A stretch of DNA of 64,000 nucleotides, taken from positions 118,551-182,550 of IMG/VR virus record IMGVR_UViG_3300023184_000028, one strand, 5' to 3'. This document shows, piece after piece, positions 10,442 through 19,768 of the stretch (position 1 is the stretch's first letter; every line of letters begins with the position of its first letter). Both the position numbers and the translations under genes were made by a program. The notes beneath the pieces are model-generated. The model saw nothing but the letters and a program-made list of their open reading frames with translations, ran no database searches and was not told where the DNA came from. Origin of the DNA: a virus. Its lineage: Duplodnaviria; Heunggongvirae; Uroviricota; Caudoviricetes.

Positions 10442-13392
10442 TGGGTAAAACGATTATTAAATATCCTGACGGTGCTAATGGTAGACCTTTTTCAGATGAT
10501 TTAGTTGGATTTCAATTAGTCCAAGGAGGTGGTTTAACGCAAGGTAATTTTCAATTCACAACAACTATAACAGAAAAAGTTAATAGAGAGTTTAATATTG
10601 GTTCTTTTTCTGAACCAATTACTTTAGACACATTAAATGTTTCTAATATTTTAGAATCTAAAGCTATTATTGCTAAAGAATTTAGAGTTTATCCTAATTT
10701 TGATTTAAGTGAGATAACTAAATTTAATATTTATGGTCCGTTATCTAAAAGAATGTCAACATCAGTTCAAAAAATTATAAATTATTTTCCTTCGGCATTA
10801 GAAGTATATAATCTTAATTCTGATTTTACTACTGACAATACCGCGATTGATATTGATTATGATAATATTGAAGATGTTACTTCATTTAAAATTGATGTAA
10901 CTAAATTGACAAATCCTTTTGGAATTGATTATTCGGTTAATGCGACTAGAAATATTTCATTAAAAGAATTTGAGGTATCTCCATTAAGAAATTTAACTGT
11001 TGAGTATAATAAGTTTTCTTTATTTTTAGGAGATAAAGAATTCCCTATTTATCATTTTACTCCATCAGATAGTTTATATTCAGGTTTTATAGAAATTATT
11101 GTTTTTGGTCAACCATTTTCAGGAAAAATAGAAACAACCGAAACTTTAGTTATTAGACCAAATACTTTTTATGCAGATAAATCGTTAATAGAACCGTTTG
11201 ATGAGGTTGAAAAGTTTTTATTAAATAGAATGATTGTCCCTAAATACACGGCAACATTCCAGGTACCAAAACAATCGGATGATGGTGTTTTATTTACTAG
11301 TTTTGTTAATGTAACTTGGCCAATAGATGGGATTTGGAATTTAGATATTAGGACAAGATTATTTGATAATTATTTAAATTCTTTAAATGAGATTGCGGTT
11401 GCATTTGATGAATCAAAAACAAATTTAATAACAAGATTTTTAACTACTGAATCGTTTAAAGAATTTGATACTGAAGACCAAAGGGTTCAAAAAATATTAA
11501 GTATCTATGGTAGAAGTTTTGATGAGGTTAAAAAGTTTATAGATGGATTGGCTTATATGAATTCTGTAAATTATACGGTTAAAAATGATATACCATCACA
11601 ATTACTTAAAAATTTGGCAGAAACAATTGGGTGGAAAATAAATGTTTCCCCAATTACTAATGAAAATTTCTTAGGCTCAGTTTTTGGTAATAATAGTAAA
11701 ATTGAATTTGAGGGATATTCTAGAGCGTCAACGCCAACAGAGTTAAATTATCAATTTTATAGAAATTTAATTTTAAATTCGGCTTATTTGTTTAAGTCAA
11801 AAGGTACGAGAAAGTCTATAGAATTTTTACTAAGACTTATTGGTGCTCCTGAGGCTTTAATAGAATTTAATGAAAATATATATATTGCAGGTCAGAAAAT
11901 TAACATGGCGGATTTTAATATGAGATATGCTCAAATATCTGGTGGTACATATGTTGAAGAGATACCCGTATTTGATACTACAACATTTACTATTTATGGT
12001 AATGTATATTCTGCTTTTACAACACAAACTACGATAACTGATGTTGATGTGACATTGGCGGATTTTCCTGTAGATTCTTATGGTTATCCGAAGTCGCCTG
12101 AAGATACTCAAGATTATTTCTTTCAGAAAGGGGCGGGATGGTTTGAACTAGTTAAAGACCACCAAAGTCCTCAAAAAATTAATTATACTAATAGTGTATT
12201 TACTGGGCAAAATTTTAATGTTCAAACTGAGTTTGAGCAATTTACTTATGGACAAAAATATTTGGATAGATATAGATATTTTCCATATTTGAATACAGGT
12301 TATAGACTTTTAAGAATACCCGATAATAAAAAAAGCTGGCCTGTGACAGACACAGGACTTAGAGTCGGTAATGGAGGCTCTAAATATGATGCTTATTATT
12401 TTGTTGATAATGAAAAATTTGTATTAAATGTTAAGAATATTGATTTATTTTTAAATCCTGCTCAAGGATTGGTGTATGATGTTTGGTATATGTCAAGAAA
12501 GTATGATTATCCAATACCTAGTACTGGTTTAACTTCCCCTTATCCACAACCAGGAGGAATTGATTCAACATTTATTAATCCACAACCAAATAAAAAATCG
12601 TTCTTTGAATTTGCCCAAACATTTTGGAATAACATGATAAATGTTAGAGATAGACAATTTAGTTCTGATGGTAAAACAAGTGGGTATTTAACATTACAGT
12701 CTATATTTTGGAATTATTTACAATCACAAGAAACTGTTGGAATACCAAACAATAATTTTAATTATCGTTCAATGATGGGTTATGTTAATGGATTGGGTGA
12801 TTATTGGATTAGATTGGTTGAACAAATGATACCAGCGACCACAATATGGTTAGCCGGAGTTAAGTATGAAAATTCTATATTTCATAGACAAAAATTCGTT
12901 TATAGAATTCAAAGGGGATGTGCAATATTGCCAGTACCTTGTGTACCTTGTACATTAAATGGGAATTTATTTTTATATAATTGTATTGATGAGACGATTG
13001 AATGTCCTATTTATCCTTGGGATGGAGGGTCATCAACAGTACAATCATTCCAAGATATATTAAATCAAACTGTAACAAATTATGTTACGTCTAATTCATT
13101 GACATGTGATTTAAATTCTTTAGTTACTGACTGGTATATTGATTTAAGATTGGATAGTACTGTTTTATTACAACAAAAATTCTTTACAGGATATGGAACA
13201 TTACAAACACCAACTAATTCTCAATGGAGCGGTGCAGTACAAACTTATGTGACAAATTTAACTGATGCTGACTTAACGTATTTCCTTAGTGGAAATACTT
13301 TGTATGTTTCTAATTCAGGATGCGAACCTAAATTTACAAATAAACAAATCCAATTAAACGTTGGATTGAATTTTACAATTAGTTGTAGTTAA
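10441..13392 (+). CDS. Large structural protein (983 aa) with Cys-rich C-terminal segment
   Basis: 3-kb ORF; CAILPVPCVPC...CIDETIECP cluster; ATGA overlaps with both neighbours. Confidence 0.7.
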   Translation: MGKTIIKYPDGANGRPFSDDLVGFQLVQGGGLTQGNFQFTTTITEKVNREFNIGSFSEPITLDTLNVSNILESKAIIAKEFRVYPNFDLSEITKFNIYGPLSKRMSTSVQKIINYFPSALEVYNLNSDFTTDNTAIDIDYDNIEDVTSFKIDVTKLTNPFGIDYSVNATRNISLKEFEVSPLRNLTVEYNKFSLFLGDKEFPIYHFTPSDSLYSGFIEIIVFGQPFSGKIETTETLVIRPNTFYADKSLIEPFDEVEKFLLNRMIVPKYTATFQVPKQSDDGVLFTSFVNVTWPIDGIWNLDIRTRLFDNYLNSLNEIAVAFDESKTNLITRFLTTESFKEFDTEDQRVQKILSIYGRSFDEVKKFIDGLAYMNSVNYTVKNDIPSQLLKNLAETIGWKINVSPITNENFLGSVFGNNSKIEFEGYSRASTPTELNYQFYRNLILNSAYLFKSKGTRKSIEFLLRLIGAPEALIEFNENIYIAGQKINMADFNMRYAQISGGTYVEEIPVFDTTTFTIYGNVYSAFTTQTTITDVDVTLADFPVDSYGYPKSPEDTQDYFFQKGAGWFELVKDHQSPQKINYTNSVFTGQNFNVQTEFEQFTYGQKYLDRYRYFPYLNTGYRLLRIPDNKKSWPVTDTGLRVGNGGSKYDAYYFVDNEKFVLNVKNIDLFLNPAQGLVYDVWYMSRKYDYPIPSTGLTSPYPQPGGIDSTFINPQPNKKSFFEFAQTFWNNMINVRDRQFSSDGKTSGYLTLQSIFWNYLQSQETVGIPNNNFNYRSMMGYVNGLGDYWIRLVEQMIPATTIWLAGVKYENSIFHRQKFVYRIQRGCAILPVPCVPCTLNGNLFLYNCIDETIECPIYPWDGGSSTVQSFQDILNQTVTNYVTSNSLTCDLNSLVTDWYIDLRLDSTVLLQQKFFTGYGTLQTPTNSQWSGAVQTYVTNLTDADLTYFLSGNTLYVSNSGCEPKFTNKQIQLNVGLNFTISCS

Positions 13393-16300
13393 TGCCTATT
13401 AATTATATTATAACAACAGTTACTGGTGATTGCCTAAACATAGGTACAGGTGCTTTATATATAGAACCAATTGATGGACAATCGCCATATATTATTGATT
13501 GGCAAATACCTAATTTAGGGACAGACGTTTCTTTTACATCATCAACTAGAACTGGTTTATCGGTAGGTACTTATCAAATATTAGTTACAGACTCTTCAGT
13601 TTCACCACAAGAACAACCGGTTTTATTAACCATATCTTCAGGAATTTGTTTAGAAACAAGTGTAGTAAATTCAACTTGTGGATTACCAAACGGGGTTTTA
13701 ACCGCAACCGCAACAACATCAGTTAATATAGTTGATTATTATTTATATAGTAATACTAATGGATATGTAACTTCAGGTACTTCCTCTGTCGGATTTTATC
13801 CTTTTGTTCAACTGTCTGCAGATACATATTATGTGGAGGCGATTGATGCTGGTGGATGTAGCGGACGTTCATCTACTAATGTTGTTTTGGATTCAGGACA
13901 GTTAGATTATGGGTTTTTTGTTGTTAATAATTCAAGATGTTCAGGTCCTGCTGGAAAAATATATATTACAGGTCAAACAGGAGTTTCACCATATACTTAT
14001 TTATGGAGTAATAATGAAACAACTTCATCTATTAGCGGTTTAACTGCGGGTGTTTATACTGTAACAGTACTTGATTCTGGAGGATGTTCTGTCACTAAAC
14101 AAGCAACAGTTATAGATGTTGAACCCCCAGGTATAACTAATTTATTACCTGTTTCTCCAAGTTGCTTTCAGGCAGACGGACAAATCACGGTTTATTTGAG
14201 TGGAGGAACTGCACCATTTTATTATGTTTTATCAAATGGGGATACAAAAATTGACTTTTCAAATAATACAACATTTACCGGACTATCATCAGGAATATAT
14301 AATGTAACGGTTACTGACGCAGGGTTATGTACCACATCAGGAACAATAACACTATCAAGCCCAAATGCATTTACATTTGTTGCTGCATCATCGGTTCCTT
14401 CTGTATGTGGAAGTAGTAATGGAATTATTAATGTGTCTGTTCAAGGGGGTTCAACTCCTTATACATATACATTAACAGATACTTCAGGTAATACTAGAGT
14501 TATTTCTATAAATTCTAATGCTCAATTTAATAACTTACCAACAGGTACATATCATATTAAAATAACAAACCCAAGTACTTGTAGTTATGAGACCGACATT
14601 ACCGTTATTAACGAAGATGCTTTTACAATTAGTACAACGTATATTGATACAACATGTGGGTTATCAAACGGTTCTATTAGAGTTGAGACAAGTGCTAACG
14701 GTACATACACCTATGAAATACCGGGACAATCAATTACCTTAAATTCTACTGCATATACGTTTAATAATTTATCAAGTGGATTATACGCAGTTTCAGTTAC
14801 TGATGTTAATGGTTGCAAACAAACAAAATCAGTTAGTATAAAAAGTAGTGACTTGGTACAGTTTAGTTTAATAGATACAAGTTGTGGTGGTACAGGTAAT
14901 GAGGGTACAATAACTGCGGTTATTACTAATGGAACCCCTCCATTTGCGATATCTTGGTCATCTAATGTTGGTTCTCAACATGGTATATATGTTACAGGAC
15001 TTACAGCTGGAACATATTCTGTAACAGTTACTGATAGTAATGACTGTAGTTTAACTAAAACAACTCAAATAATTTGTGGAACTTCAAATACGTCATATCA
15101 GATTTTCAATATTTGTGATGATATTTTTACAGAAAGACCTGGTACAAAAACAGGGTTTCCACAAATGTTAAATCAGGGTTATCAAGATTTAACCTCAGGT
15201 GAGACAAATTGTAAATTAACGTTGGCTCAATTTAATTTGTTATTAAATGTTGGTAGTTCGGCGTTCACTAGTAACTTTTTTGCTACAACATCTTTATCTG
15301 TATATCCTACAGACCAACAATATGTGGATGAATTAAATACTTTATTAAGTGGAGTTCCTGGTATTGGTTCAATAGTTCTAAATGCAAATACGAATTCAAT
15401 TAGTTTAAATACGGATTGTGCTAGAACACTATCTGCGGATACTGTTAGTGTTGCAATTAGAATTGATTATGACATTTGTTGTTATGGGGTACCATCACCG
15501 TCAGCTACGCCAACAGTTACACCAACTCCTACGATAACTCCAGAAAATACTCCAACACCAACAGTAACTATTACACCAACTATAACAGTAACACCTACTA
15601 TTACTCCGACACCAACAATTCCGTTAGAACCATTTATAATGTCCGCATATAGTTTAAGTTCTATAACAATAACAGCTTTAAATTCAAATGTTTATCCATA
15701 TGTTGTAGATTGGGGTGACGGTAATTCCGATATCTACGCACCAGGAAATCACTCTCCTAACCATACTTATAGTTCTTCATTCACTGGAATTATAACAATT
15801 AGTTCACAACATTTATCAGATATAGATTCTTTTAGTATAACTAGTACCTTAACAGGTAGTACAACCCCTCTAATTTCTATTAGCACATCAGAATACACAA
15901 AATTAAGTGGAGTATTAAATAGTTATTTCGGATATAAAGTTTTACTTGATGGATTAATTTCTCAAATACCAAGATTTATTACATATTTGGTAATATCATC
16001 ATCAAGCATAACTGGAAATACAACAGATTTACCATCAACATTAACAAATATTCAAATGTTTAATAATAATGATAATACAGTATTAAGTGGTAATACTTAT
16101 GGATTACCTGCAGGGTTAGAATATGTTTCAATTTATGATAATACTATTGGAGGTAACATAAGTGGAATACCTTCAGGTTTAACTTATTTAAATTTACTTG
16201 GTGATAACACGGTTAGTGGTGATATAGGTGGATTACCTTCAGGATTAGGTACTATGACAATATTTGGTAAAAACACATTAAGTGGAAATGTGTCATCATT

Positions 16301-16943
16301 ACCATCAGGTTTAACAACTTGTCAAATATCATCATTGGATGGTTATATAGGGGCTAAAAATACAATAAGTGGAAATGTTTCTGGATTACCGAGAGGACTA
16401 ACTAATATTTTATTTGGTGGTGATAATACTATTAGTGGTGACACTACAGGATTACCATCAGGATTAACTTATTGTAATATAACAGGTCAGAATACAATTG
16501 GTGGAGATACAAGTGGATTCCCAACGGGATTAAAAGATTTGTATTTAGTAGGTTCAGGTACAACCGCAGGAACATATATATCCGGAAATGTAACAGGATT
16601 ACCAATAGTATTGTCATCATGTACAATCACAGGATATAACACAATTGATGGTAGTTTCTCAGATTTTTCACCAAACTTAGTTTTTATTGCGATTGAAGGT
16701 AATAATACAATTACGGGATATACTTTTAGTCATGTTTGGCCAACAACAATGAGACAATTAACTGTTCTTGGGAATGCCACAGTGAGCACACCAAATATTA
16801 ACAATATTTTATCTGATTTAGCGACTTATTCAACAACTTGGATTGGTGCTGCCAAATTAATTAAATTAAAAGGAACTCAAACCAATCCTGGTGCGGTGGC
16901 AATATTAACGGGAAGAACTGTTACGGTTACAATAACACCGTAA
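13392..16943 (+). CDS. Tail-fibre/adhesin-like protein: multiple SprB-type repeats, Pro/Thr linker, C-terminal leucine-rich-like ~24-aa tandem repeats
   Basis: Repeated modules C..G..G.I.V..SGGT.PY.Y.W (e.g. SCFQADGQITVYLSGGTAPFYYVLSNG; VCGSSNGIINVSVQGGSTPYTYTLTD). PTVTPTPTITPENTPTPT linker. Repeats GLPSGLTYLNLLGDNTVSGDIGG. Confidence 0.8.
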   Translation: MPINYIITTVTGDCLNIGTGALYIEPIDGQSPYIIDWQIPNLGTDVSFTSSTRTGLSVGTYQILVTDSSVSPQEQPVLLTISSGICLETSVVNSTCGLPNGVLTATATTSVNIVDYYLYSNTNGYVTSGTSSVGFYPFVQLSADTYYVEAIDAGGCSGRSSTNVVLDSGQLDYGFFVVNNSRCSGPAGKIYITGQTGVSPYTYLWSNNETTSSISGLTAGVYTVTVLDSGGCSVTKQATVIDVEPPGITNLLPVSPSCFQADGQITVYLSGGTAPFYYVLSNGDTKIDFSNNTTFTGLSSGIYNVTVTDAGLCTTSGTITLSSPNAFTFVAASSVPSVCGSSNGIINVSVQGGSTPYTYTLTDTSGNTRVISINSNAQFNNLPTGTYHIKITNPSTCSYETDITVINEDAFTISTTYIDTTCGLSNGSIRVETSANGTYTYEIPGQSITLNSTAYTFNNLSSGLYAVSVTDVNGCKQTKSVSIKSSDLVQFSLIDTSCGGTGNEGTITAVITNGTPPFAISWSSNVGSQHGIYVTGLTAGTYSVTVTDSNDCSLTKTTQIICGTSNTSYQIFNICDDIFTERPGTKTGFPQMLNQGYQDLTSGETNCKLTLAQFNLLLNVGSSAFTSNFFATTSLSVYPTDQQYVDELNTLLSGVPGIGSIVLNANTNSISLNTDCARTLSADTVSVAIRIDYDICCYGVPSPSATPTVTPTPTITPENTPTPTVTITPTITVTPTITPTPTIPLEPFIMSAYSLSSITITALNSNVYPYVVDWGDGNSDIYAPGNHSPNHTYSSSFTGIITISSQHLSDIDSFSITSTLTGSTTPLISISTSEYTKLSGVLNSYFGYKVLLDGLISQIPRFITYLVISSSSITGNTTDLPSTLTNIQMFNNNDNTVLSGNTYGLPAGLEYVSIYDNTIGGNISGIPSGLTYLNLLGDNTVSGDIGGLPSGLGTMTIFGKNTLSGNVSSLPSGLTTCQISSLDGYIGAKNTISGNVSGLPRGLTNILFGGDNTISGDTTGLPSGLTYCNITGQNTIGGDTSGFPTGLKDLYLVGSGTTAGTYISGNVTGLPIVLSSCTITGYNTIDGSFSDFSPNLVFIAIEGNNTITGYTFSHVWPTTMRQLTVLGNATVSTPNINNILSDLATYSTTWIGAAKLIKLKGTQTNPGAVAILTGRTVTVTITP
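16020..16680 (+). repeat. Array of ~72-nt coding repeats (leucine-rich-like ~24-aa units) at the 3' end of the SprB-repeat fibre gene
   Basis: GLPSGLT....N(T)(IV)SG(ND) recurs about 8 times in the protein. Confidence 0.5.
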
Positions 16944-16944
16944 T

Positions 16945-17115
16945 TTATTTTTTATCTTTACTGATTTTGTTGACCTTCTCCATCAACTTTAGAGTATCTG
17001 TGTAGTTTTTTTCCAATCTTTTGATAGTTCTTTCGTCTGCGCATCTATCACATGCTGAATAGTAATCTTTTTCAGATTCTTCTACTAGTCTTTGTATTGT
17101 TTTAATTAGTTTCAT
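16945..17115 (-). CDS. Small hypothetical protein (56 aa, MKLIKTIQRLVEESEKDYYSACDRCADERTIKRLEKNYTDTLKLMEKVNKISKDKK)
   Basis: Minus-strand ORF found by eye between convergent/divergent plus genes; below the ORF-track size cutoff. Confidence 0.3.
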   Translation of the reverse strand: MKLIKTIQRLVEESEKDYYSACDRCADERTIKRLEKNYTDTLKLMEKVNKISKDKK

Positions 17116-17187
17116 ATGTATATAAATATATCCAAATTTGTTCTATTTAAAAAAAGATATAAATCCTTATAATTATTTAAAAAAGAA

Positions 17188-18165
17188 ATGTCAGAATTGT
17201 TATTTGTTACTGCACAACCAGATGTCCCTTATTTTCATTGGCAATGTGAAGTATATTGTCATAATTTTGTTGAGAAAGGTATAAAACCATCTCAAATACA
17301 TATTATATTAGGTATGTTTAATGGCGGTACAGTACCATCAGAAAACGGGTTAAAGTTAAGAGAAAAAGGTTATAATGTCCATTTTTATAGTGATGAAAGA
17401 GATAAGAGACATTACATACCTAGTATTAAGCCATACTTAATTTCTAAATGGTTAGAAGAATTTCCTGAAAATGGTGAATTGTTTTTTCTGCATGATGCAG
17501 ATATTATACTGAGAGAGTTACCTGATTTAGAAAAGTATTTAACAGACGATGTCTGTTATATGGCGGATACCAAGGGATATATAGGTCATGATTATATTAT
17601 GAGTTGTTGTCAAAGATATGAATCGGAACACCCAACATCTGAGAAAAATCAATTAATGCAGGAGATGTGTGACATTGTTGGAATAAATATTGAATGTTTA
17701 AAGAACAATCAAGAAAGTTCTGGAGGGGGACAATATATTATTAAAAAAACCACATCAAAAAATTGGTATGACATATACAATGATTCCAACAATTTGTACG
17801 ACCAGATGCATAATTATCAAAAAAGATTTCCAATAAATCATGGGCAAATACAATTTTGGACGGCTGAGATGTGGTCGTTACTTTGGAACTTGTGGTGTTT
17901 AGAAAAAGATACAAAAATTATAAATGAATTAAATTTTTGTTGGGCGACAGATAGTGTTGATAATTATGAAAAAAAATATATACTCCATATGGCTGGGGTA
18001 TTAGACGGAATGAAAACAACTAAATTTTATAAAGGTGATTATATTAACTCAAGCCCATTAGAAAAATTAAAAGAAAATGAAAACTATTTTGATTTTGTTG
18101 ATGAGAATAGTGCAACAATAAAATATGTTGAAGTTATGAAATCATTAGTTAAAAAAAACAAATAA
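17188..18165 (+). CDS. Hypothetical protein (325 aa), possible glycosyltransferase-like (FLHDADII DxD-type motif)
   Basis: ORF; the DxD motif is the only weak functional hint. Confidence 0.55.
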   Translation: MSELLFVTAQPDVPYFHWQCEVYCHNFVEKGIKPSQIHIILGMFNGGTVPSENGLKLREKGYNVHFYSDERDKRHYIPSIKPYLISKWLEEFPENGELFFLHDADIILRELPDLEKYLTDDVCYMADTKGYIGHDYIMSCCQRYESEHPTSEKNQLMQEMCDIVGINIECLKNNQESSGGGQYIIKKTTSKNWYDIYNDSNNLYDQMHNYQKRFPINHGQIQFWTAEMWSLLWNLWCLEKDTKIINELNFCWATDSVDNYEKKYILHMAGVLDGMKTTKFYKGDYINSSPLEKLKENENYFDFVDENSATIKYVEVMKSLVKKNK

Positions 18166-18181
18166 TTGATTATTTATAGAT

Positions 18182-19537
18182 ATGGCTTGTAATGCAATAG
18201 TTTTATCATCAGGGGCAACATTTAATGAATCGGTAACATCTTCTACGTTCACTACGTATTATATGGATACTAGCACTTTTGATGTAGGAACTACTTTATT
18301 TTATGGTACACCTTGTGTACTTTCAGTACCGGGAACACCGGGAAATGAAGTTGCGGATGGGTATTATTATTATACAGGAGGAACATCACCTACTGTTGGA
18401 TATGTTTATAGAGATATTTATGGCGACGGGTATGTTTATTATACCCAAGCAATAACAAGTTTTGAAGATTGTTGTGACTCAAGAAATGTGTTTAATGTTG
18501 CTCATGATACGGGCACATTTAATTTAGGTGAAATATATTATTTACAAACAACCTCATTCACTGGATGTGCGACTGTAGTAACTTATGATATTTTACAACC
18601 AATTTATGTTTCAACATTAAGTACTGGAAGTTATGATGGATGTACAAATTGTTTAACCGGCAACTCATTAAGTTGTAGCGGAACAACACCCACACCTACA
18701 CCAACAAAAACACCTACAAATACTCCAACACCAACAAAAACACCTACAAATACTCCAACACCAACAAAAACACCTGCAATAACTCCAACACCTAGCTCAA
18801 CACCGGCCTATCCTGGGTTATGTCCAATTGCCGAATATTGTTTAGATACGGGTGGAATTTATGCTTATGATGGAACGTTTTATCATGTTGGGACTTATCT
18901 TTCACATGACTACTACGTTGGAAATGGAATATCAACAGGTTATTTATTTTTTGATGGTATAAAGTGGTGTTTGTCAGATACATTAGGTGGAGATTGTATT
19001 CTTTTTGGTAGAATACCTTGTGCAACTGAGTGTCCTGATATAAATGGATTAACTCCTGGTTCTTGTGCAACAACAACTACAACAACAAATCCTTGTGATA
19101 TTGTTGATTTTGATGCGATATTTAATTGTGATGTTGAGTTTTCACCATCACAAACGCCAACACCTACACAAACTCCGTCACCAACTCCGTCACCAACACC
19201 TGGATTATCACCTACACCAACGCCTACCGTTACGCCTACAACAGGATTATCACCAACGCCTACACCTACACCAACAATTACACCAACTAAAACTGTAACA
19301 CCAACACCAGGATTATCACCGACTACAACGCCAACAACAACTCCAACAATTACACCAACAACAACACAACTTTGTTATGGTACTAGTATGACATTAAGTT
19401 CAACTACGTTACCAGGTGAAAGTCCCACACCTACACCAACACCAAGTGCAACACCATTAAATAGAGATAAATGTTTTACTGGTGACGCAACATTTGATAT
19501 AATGAATGAAGATTTTACTTGTTTACCAATAATATAA
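18182..19537 (+). CDS. Fibre-like protein with conserved MACN N-terminal domain and several Pro/Thr linkers (451 aa)
   Basis: N-terminus alignable with the 19769 gene product (MACN..I.L....YY.D....LG..L...TPC....A..GYY). TPTPTKTPTN x3 linker. Confidence 0.7.
   Translation: MACNAIVLSSGATFNESVTSSTFTTYYMDTSTFDVGTTLFYGTPCVLSVPGTPGNEVADGYYYYTGGTSPTVGYVYRDIYGDGYVYYTQAITSFEDCCDSRNVFNVAHDTGTFNLGEIYYLQTTSFTGCATVVTYDILQPIYVSTLSTGSYDGCTNCLTGNSLSCSGTTPTPTPTKTPTNTPTPTKTPTNTPTPTKTPAITPTPSSTPAYPGLCPIAEYCLDTGGIYAYDGTFYHVGTYLSHDYYVGNGISTGYLFFDGIKWCLSDTLGGDCILFGRIPCATECPDINGLTPGSCATTTTTTNPCDIVDFDAIFNCDVEFSPSQTPTPTQTPSPTPSPTPGLSPTPTPTVTPTTGLSPTPTPTPTITPTKTVTPTPGLSPTTTPTTTPTITPTTTQLCYGTSMTLSSTTLPGESPTPTPTPSATPLNRDKCFTGDATFDIMNEDFTCLPII
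18701..18790 (+). repeat. 30-nt tandem repeat x3 (CCAACAAAAACACCTACAAATACTCCAACA) encoding a TPTPTKTPTN linker
   Basis: Units 18701-18730 and 18731-18760 are identical; the third has 3 substitutions. Confidence 0.85.
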
Positions 19538-19541
19538 AATT

Positions 19542-19763
19542 ATGATAACGAAACAAATAACGATAGATACATTAGTGGGCGTGGAGCCGTATTATGTGTA
19601 TTTATGTGATAATACTAATTTTTGTATGTATATTAATACGATATATAATTCAGATATTCCTTATCCGTTTTTGGTACCTAATAATTTTTTATCACAATCT
19701 CAAGTTACGGTGAAGGTAATTGATAGTAATGGATGTAATATAATAAACACGGTTAATATATAA
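19542..19763 (+). CDS. Small hypothetical protein (73 aa)
   Basis: ORF between two paralogous fibre genes. Confidence 0.4.
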   Translation: MITKQITIDTLVGVEPYYVYLCDNTNFCMYINTIYNSDIPYPFLVPNNFLSQSQVTVKVIDSNGCNIINTVNI

Positions 19764-19768
19764 AATAA

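Noticed and set aside
18792-19298. ORF-track ORFs 18792-19076 (-) and 19065-19298 (+)
   Set aside because: They are embedded in the PT-linker region of the 18182 gene, where alternate frames are stop-free because of ACC/CCA/ACA codon repetition. Their products are H/Q/L low-complexity.
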